Shown: positions 60,138 to 64,000 of the stretch, one piece after another
How the letters are laid out: every line of letters begins with the position of its first letter
How positions within the stretch are numbered: the stretch's first letter is position 1
Assembly (NCBI GenBank): GCA_048941015.1
Contig: JBHLNZ010000009.1
Location: 1-64,000, forward strand
Direction: 5' to 3'
From: Promethearchaeota archaeon
GTDB lineage: Archaea > Asgardarchaeota > Lokiarchaeia > Sigyniarchaeales > SOKP01
Length of the DNA: 64,000 bases
Program-made: the position numbers and the translations under genes
Notes under the pieces: generated by a model
The model's database searches: none
Seen by the model: only the letters and a program-made list of their open reading frames with translations
Told to the model about the DNA's origin: nothing

Positions 60138-61097
60138 TTGAGCTATTTAAAAATGAAAGATAGTCTTAATATAGGACACTTGTCGACAGCTTATCATACA
60201 AATTTTATTTTAATGGGAGAGAAAAGATTAAGTAAAGATCTCAATAGAAATATCAACTGGCTTCTATTTGGAACAGGCCCAGCGATGGTTAAGGCTTTTT
60301 TAAATGGGAAAATTGATGCTGGCTATATGGGTTTGCCTCCCGCAATCATAGGAATAAGTAATGGGGCTCCAATTAAATGTGTTGCGGGGGGGCATGTTGA
60401 AGGGACAATAATGATCGCTCAAGATGAATATAAAAATATTAAAGAGTTAAATAATAATATAGGAGATGTATTGTCTCAGTTTAAAGGAGAGACTATTGGG
60501 GTTCCTAGTAGGGGATCTATTCATGATGTTATTTTAACTCATTTTTTAAACAAATATCATCTAATAAATGAAGTACATATAAAGAACTATAAACAAGCAG
60601 AATTTATAGCAATAGATATGGAAAAAAATATATTAGCAGGGGGTGTTGGTACTCCTGCATTAGCTGTTTTTGCTCAAACAATTTTAAAATCCCAACTTAT
60701 AATTCCCGCTCAATATTTATGGCCAAATAATCCTAGTTACGGTGTATTTTTTCATGAATCTTATATTAAAAATTATCCTGAAATAATAATTAAGTTTCTT
60801 AAACATCATAAAGAGGCATCAACTCTACTTCGAACTGATCAATCAATAGCCGCTGAAAAAATTTCTAATACGTTTGGAATTATAACTAAATCTTATGCTG
60901 AATCTGTTTTAAAAATATCCCCCAAATATTGTATCGCACTTACAGAAAATTATGTAAAAGCAACAATGGAATTTGTTAATAAACTCCATGAATTGGGCTA
61001 TATCAATGAAAATCTTGAAGTTGACGATATTTTCTACTTTAATTTTGTAAAAGAAGTACATCCTGAAGATGATCATTATATAAGCCTCAAAAATTAA
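60138..61097 (+). CDS. SsuA/THI5-like substrate-binding-fold protein, no signal peptide
   Basis: FGTGP.MV.AF..G.IDAGYMG.PP, G.TIGVP..GSIHD. Confidence 0.8.
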   Translation: MSYLKMKDSLNIGHLSTAYHTNFILMGEKRLSKDLNRNINWLLFGTGPAMVKAFLNGKIDAGYMGLPPAIIGISNGAPIKCVAGGHVEGTIMIAQDEYKNIKELNNNIGDVLSQFKGETIGVPSRGSIHDVILTHFLNKYHLINEVHIKNYKQAEFIAIDMEKNILAGGVGTPALAVFAQTILKSQLIIPAQYLWPNNPSYGVFFHESYIKNYPEIIIKFLKHHKEASTLLRTDQSIAAEKISNTFGIITKSYAESVLKISPKYCIALTENYVKATMEFVNKLHELGYINENLEVDDIFYFNFVKEVHPEDDHYISLKN

Positions 61098-61186
61098 GAA
61101 TTTAGCTAGAATACTAAATTTAAAATATAAACCCTTATAATAGTGCAAGAATAAAATTCATATAAAATATTAATTATAGTTTCTAT

Positions 61187-61750
61187 ATGCAACTTGATCA
61201 TATTGATAAGCAAATTATAAATGCTCTGTTTTTAAACGGACGTGAGAGTCTCACTAATCTTGAAAAAATTATTTTCAAATCTAAGCAAGAAACAATGAGT
61301 CATACGGGAATCTCTAAAAGAATTTCTAGATTAGAAGAAGCAGACATTCTTAAGGTTCAAGCAAATGCAAATATAAAAAGATTAGGTTATAAAGCTTTAT
61401 TTATTCTGATGGAAATGCGGAATTATGAAGAAGAAAGAAAGATAATTGAAGCTTATTCAGAATGTCCAAGAGTATTTTTGTTAGCCCATGTTACAGGACA
61501 GTATAATTTAATATTAGGGATAATGGGGCAGAGCATTGAAGTTTTACATAGATTTCTTAATTATTGTGGCCCTACCAATAAGGAAGGTATATTACATTCA
61601 GCAACTATATTTGTCTCAGAATTAATTACTCCTACATTTTTGCCATTCAATATATTTAGTTCAGAAAGTAAAGAACAAAAGTGTGGTAACATGTGTGCAG
61701 AATGTACCGCATATTTAGATGGTAAATGCAGGGGTTGTGGAGAATTTTAA
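61187..61750 (+). CDS. Lrp/AsnC regulator with a 5-Cys C-terminal motif (copy 1)
   Basis: LDHIDKQII.AL..NGR, TGQYNL, CGNMCAEC-X7-CRGC. Confidence 0.88.
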   Translation: MQLDHIDKQIINALFLNGRESLTNLEKIIFKSKQETMSHTGISKRISRLEEADILKVQANANIKRLGYKALFILMEMRNYEEERKIIEAYSECPRVFLLAHVTGQYNLILGIMGQSIEVLHRFLNYCGPTNKEGILHSATIFVSELITPTFLPFNIFSSESKEQKCGNMCAECTAYLDGKCRGCGEF

Positions 61751-61839
61751 TTGCTCATATTAACATAATTTAATTTTTATTATTGAAGTTCGTTAATAGT
61801 TCTTTAACTTTTTATATAAAGACGATCTTTAATTTTTAC

Positions 61840-61917
61840 TGTTTCAAATTGAAACAATTAAGGAGAAAATGTTTGAAATTAAAACTAAAGTGAGTATAAT
61901 TGTTTAATGTAATCAAA
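61840..61917. promoter_or_regulatory. Array of TGTTTCAA-A-TTGAAACA boxes spaced 30/31 bp
   Basis: Perfect palindrome at 61840-61856, 14/17 copy at 61870, half site at 61901, further 14/17 copy at 62840. Confidence 0.55.
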
Positions 61918-61969
61918 CTAGCAAAATATAAGGATATTTTTTTTAAATCATCGATTCTAATCATATATT

Positions 61970-62533
61970 ATGGAATTAGACAAAATTGATAAACAAATTC
62001 TAAATGCATTATTCATTGATGGAAGAGAGAGCTTAAGTAACTTAAGTAACCAAGTCGAAAAATCAGATCAACAAAAAATGAGTCATACAGGAATAGCAAA
62101 AAGAATTTCTAAATTAGAAGATTCTAGAATTTTAAAGGTTCAAGGAAATATTAGTATTTCAGAGCTTAATTATTATACGGCTTTTATACTTATGGAAATG
62201 AAAAATTATGACGAAATTCAAACCATAATAGATCAATACTCCGAATGCCCAAGAGTTTTCTTATTAGCTCATGTGACTGGACAATATAACTTAATTTTTG
62301 GAATAATAGGACAGAATGTTGATGTTTTACGCAGATTTATAAATTATTGTGGTCCTACTAATAAAAAAGGTATTTTGCATTCAGCGATTATCTTTGCTTC
62401 TGACATTATAAACCCAAAATTTCTACCTATAGACCTTTTTAGTGGCGTTAGTAAAGAGCATAAATGTGGTAATATCTGTAAGGGTTGTGAAGCATTTCTC
62501 AAAGGCGATTGCTGTGGGTGCGGTAATTTTTAA
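61970..62533 (+). CDS. Lrp/AsnC regulator with C-terminal Cys motif (tandem paralogue)
   Basis: Same length (187 aa) and motifs; CGNICKGC-X7-CCGC. Confidence 0.88.
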   Translation: MELDKIDKQILNALFIDGRESLSNLSNQVEKSDQQKMSHTGIAKRISKLEDSRILKVQGNISISELNYYTAFILMEMKNYDEIQTIIDQYSECPRVFLLAHVTGQYNLIFGIIGQNVDVLRRFINYCGPTNKKGILHSAIIFASDIINPKFLPIDLFSGVSKEHKCGNICKGCEAFLKGDCCGCGNF

Positions 62534-63083
62534 TAATTCCAAAATCAATTTAAGTCTTTTAAATTTTTCAATAGTTTTGCATTTTACTGTATTAGTTTGA
62601 ACTCTTGTCTAAAATTAATTTGTGCTATAGAATTGAATTTCAAAAACTCCTCGAAATTCTTTTAAAAATGAAGTAAAAGAATAAAAAATTGTGAAGATTA
62701 TTTACTAATAGAATATAATTATAGAATATTTTTATCCATTTAATTCCATTTTTAATTCTTTTTCTATCGTAAATAATTTATAAACCAAATTTATAAATAG
62801 AATTTTTGGACTAGCCTGTCTAAAGTAAAGAAATTTTTTTGTTTCATATTTAAACTAATCAGAAGAATTCATTAGATCTTTAAACCCATATTAATTAAAT
62901 TGTTTAAATTATCCAGATCTAGTAAAACTTATAAAAGAAGTAATAAGTTTTAAAAATTAAGGTGATATTTTAAAAAGAATTGAAAAAATAGAATTTTCAT
63001 AAACTTTTTAAGAAATATTTAGAACAAATCTAAAAATATAAAATAGCAAAAAACCAAAATTAAACAAATATTTACACGAAAAA

Positions 63084-63734
63084 GTGAGTAATTTAATGAA
63101 AAAAAGAATAATCCCTCTTTTAATAATCAGTAGCTTTCTTTTAATAACAATTGGAGGAGTTGTAGCATATCCTTCTTCTATTGAGACTTTTGCTGGTGGA
63201 TCACATACAGGATGTCATGCTGGTGTTAGTCCTACTACTGAGAGTGTTGGTGCGACAGTAACCTGTAATTCTGTAGAAGGTACTTCTTTAAATGCAGGTC
63301 AACAGTTCACTATAAATGTTGTAATTGAAAATTTTACTGAAGCGTTAACTATAGATAGAAATAGTATGGTGAGTGTAGCAGTTCCCCGTACTCGAGGCGA
63401 TAATGCAGCATTTGGCACCCTTTTAGAAGATCCTATAAGAGAACATGATGTTACATTAGATGTTAATGGAGATTCAAATGTTTCGGTAACTTTTAACTTA
63501 ATAGCTCCATTCACTAACGGAGATTATGATATCGTCGTTGATGTTTTAGCTGCCGCAAATCATACTGATGGAAGTGCTTTAGGTATAATTTATGCAACAG
63601 ATACTTTAAGCATAACAGTCAGCGGTGGCCTGATTCCTGGTTTTGAAGTCTATACCTTGATTGGAGTGCTTATAATAACAACTGCATCAATATTAATGAT
63701 TGTACGTCGTAGGAAACTTAAAGCTTCAAAATAA
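63084..63734 (+). CDS. Exported Reeler/Ig-like protein with HxxCH motif and IPGF anchor
   Basis: Signal peptide, GGSHTGCH, AP...GDY.I.V, LIPGF-TM-RRRK. Confidence 0.78.
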   Translation: MSNLMKKRIIPLLIISSFLLITIGGVVAYPSSIETFAGGSHTGCHAGVSPTTESVGATVTCNSVEGTSLNAGQQFTINVVIENFTEALTIDRNSMVSVAVPRTRGDNAAFGTLLEDPIREHDVTLDVNGDSNVSVTFNLIAPFTNGDYDIVVDVLAAANHTDGSALGIIYATDTLSITVSGGLIPGFEVYTLIGVLIITTASILMIVRRRKLKASK

Positions 63735-64000
63735 AATCTAATTCTTTATTATTTTTTTTTTTATTTATAGACCTATATTAACGATTAATCAATAAGAATA
63801 AATTTTAAAAACAAATTAAAATAACTCCCAATTAAAAGGAATTAAAGATAATTTTTAATCAATATTAATACAACTAATATTTACCATAATTATACAAATA
63901 TAAACACATATATTACAAAAGATTATATTCATCTGTGTGATAAAATGAAGGAAATCTCTAACTGGTTCAAAAGAGACTATTTACTTGTCATCTCAATTTC

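Noticed and set aside
62534-63083. Long intergenic region as an ncRNA or MITE
   Set aside because: Extremely AT-rich, with no stable stems or terminal inverted repeats seen; only an operator-like box at 62840.
1-64000. tRNA/rRNA, transposases, integrases, prophage genes
   Set aside because: No GC-rich structured stretch or mobile-element protein motifs recognised by eye.

Overview
Low-GC, gene-dense archaeal chromosomal segment, most consistent with Lokiarchaeia (Asgard). This is inferred from IPG[YF]/IPFG-TM-basic C-terminal anchors, NosD/CASH surface proteins, longin-like and zinc-ribbon families, GGTGA/GGAGG ribosome-binding sites and a nurA-herA-mre11-rad50 operon. I saw no rRNA, tRNA, CRISPR array or intact mobile element. 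Main blocks: a glycyl radical enzyme with non-canonical motifs; a thiol/metal-related region (4-11 kb) with several microproteins missed by the ORF track and a surface protein carrying a 32-Cys CxC-repeat insert; a bacterial-type DUF4386/DUF6326/MDR cassette; a copper locus (PadR-TRASH regulator, His/Met micropeptide, CopB) with a shared palindromic site; the DNA end-resection operon; and a sulfur locus (moeB-tusA-thiI-like, cysE-cysK, MoaD/SAMP, three Cys-tailed Lrp regulators) with two recognisable candidate operator motifs. Several genes appear to start at ATT/ATC codons. All family calls come from motif recognition by eye; no database searches were run.
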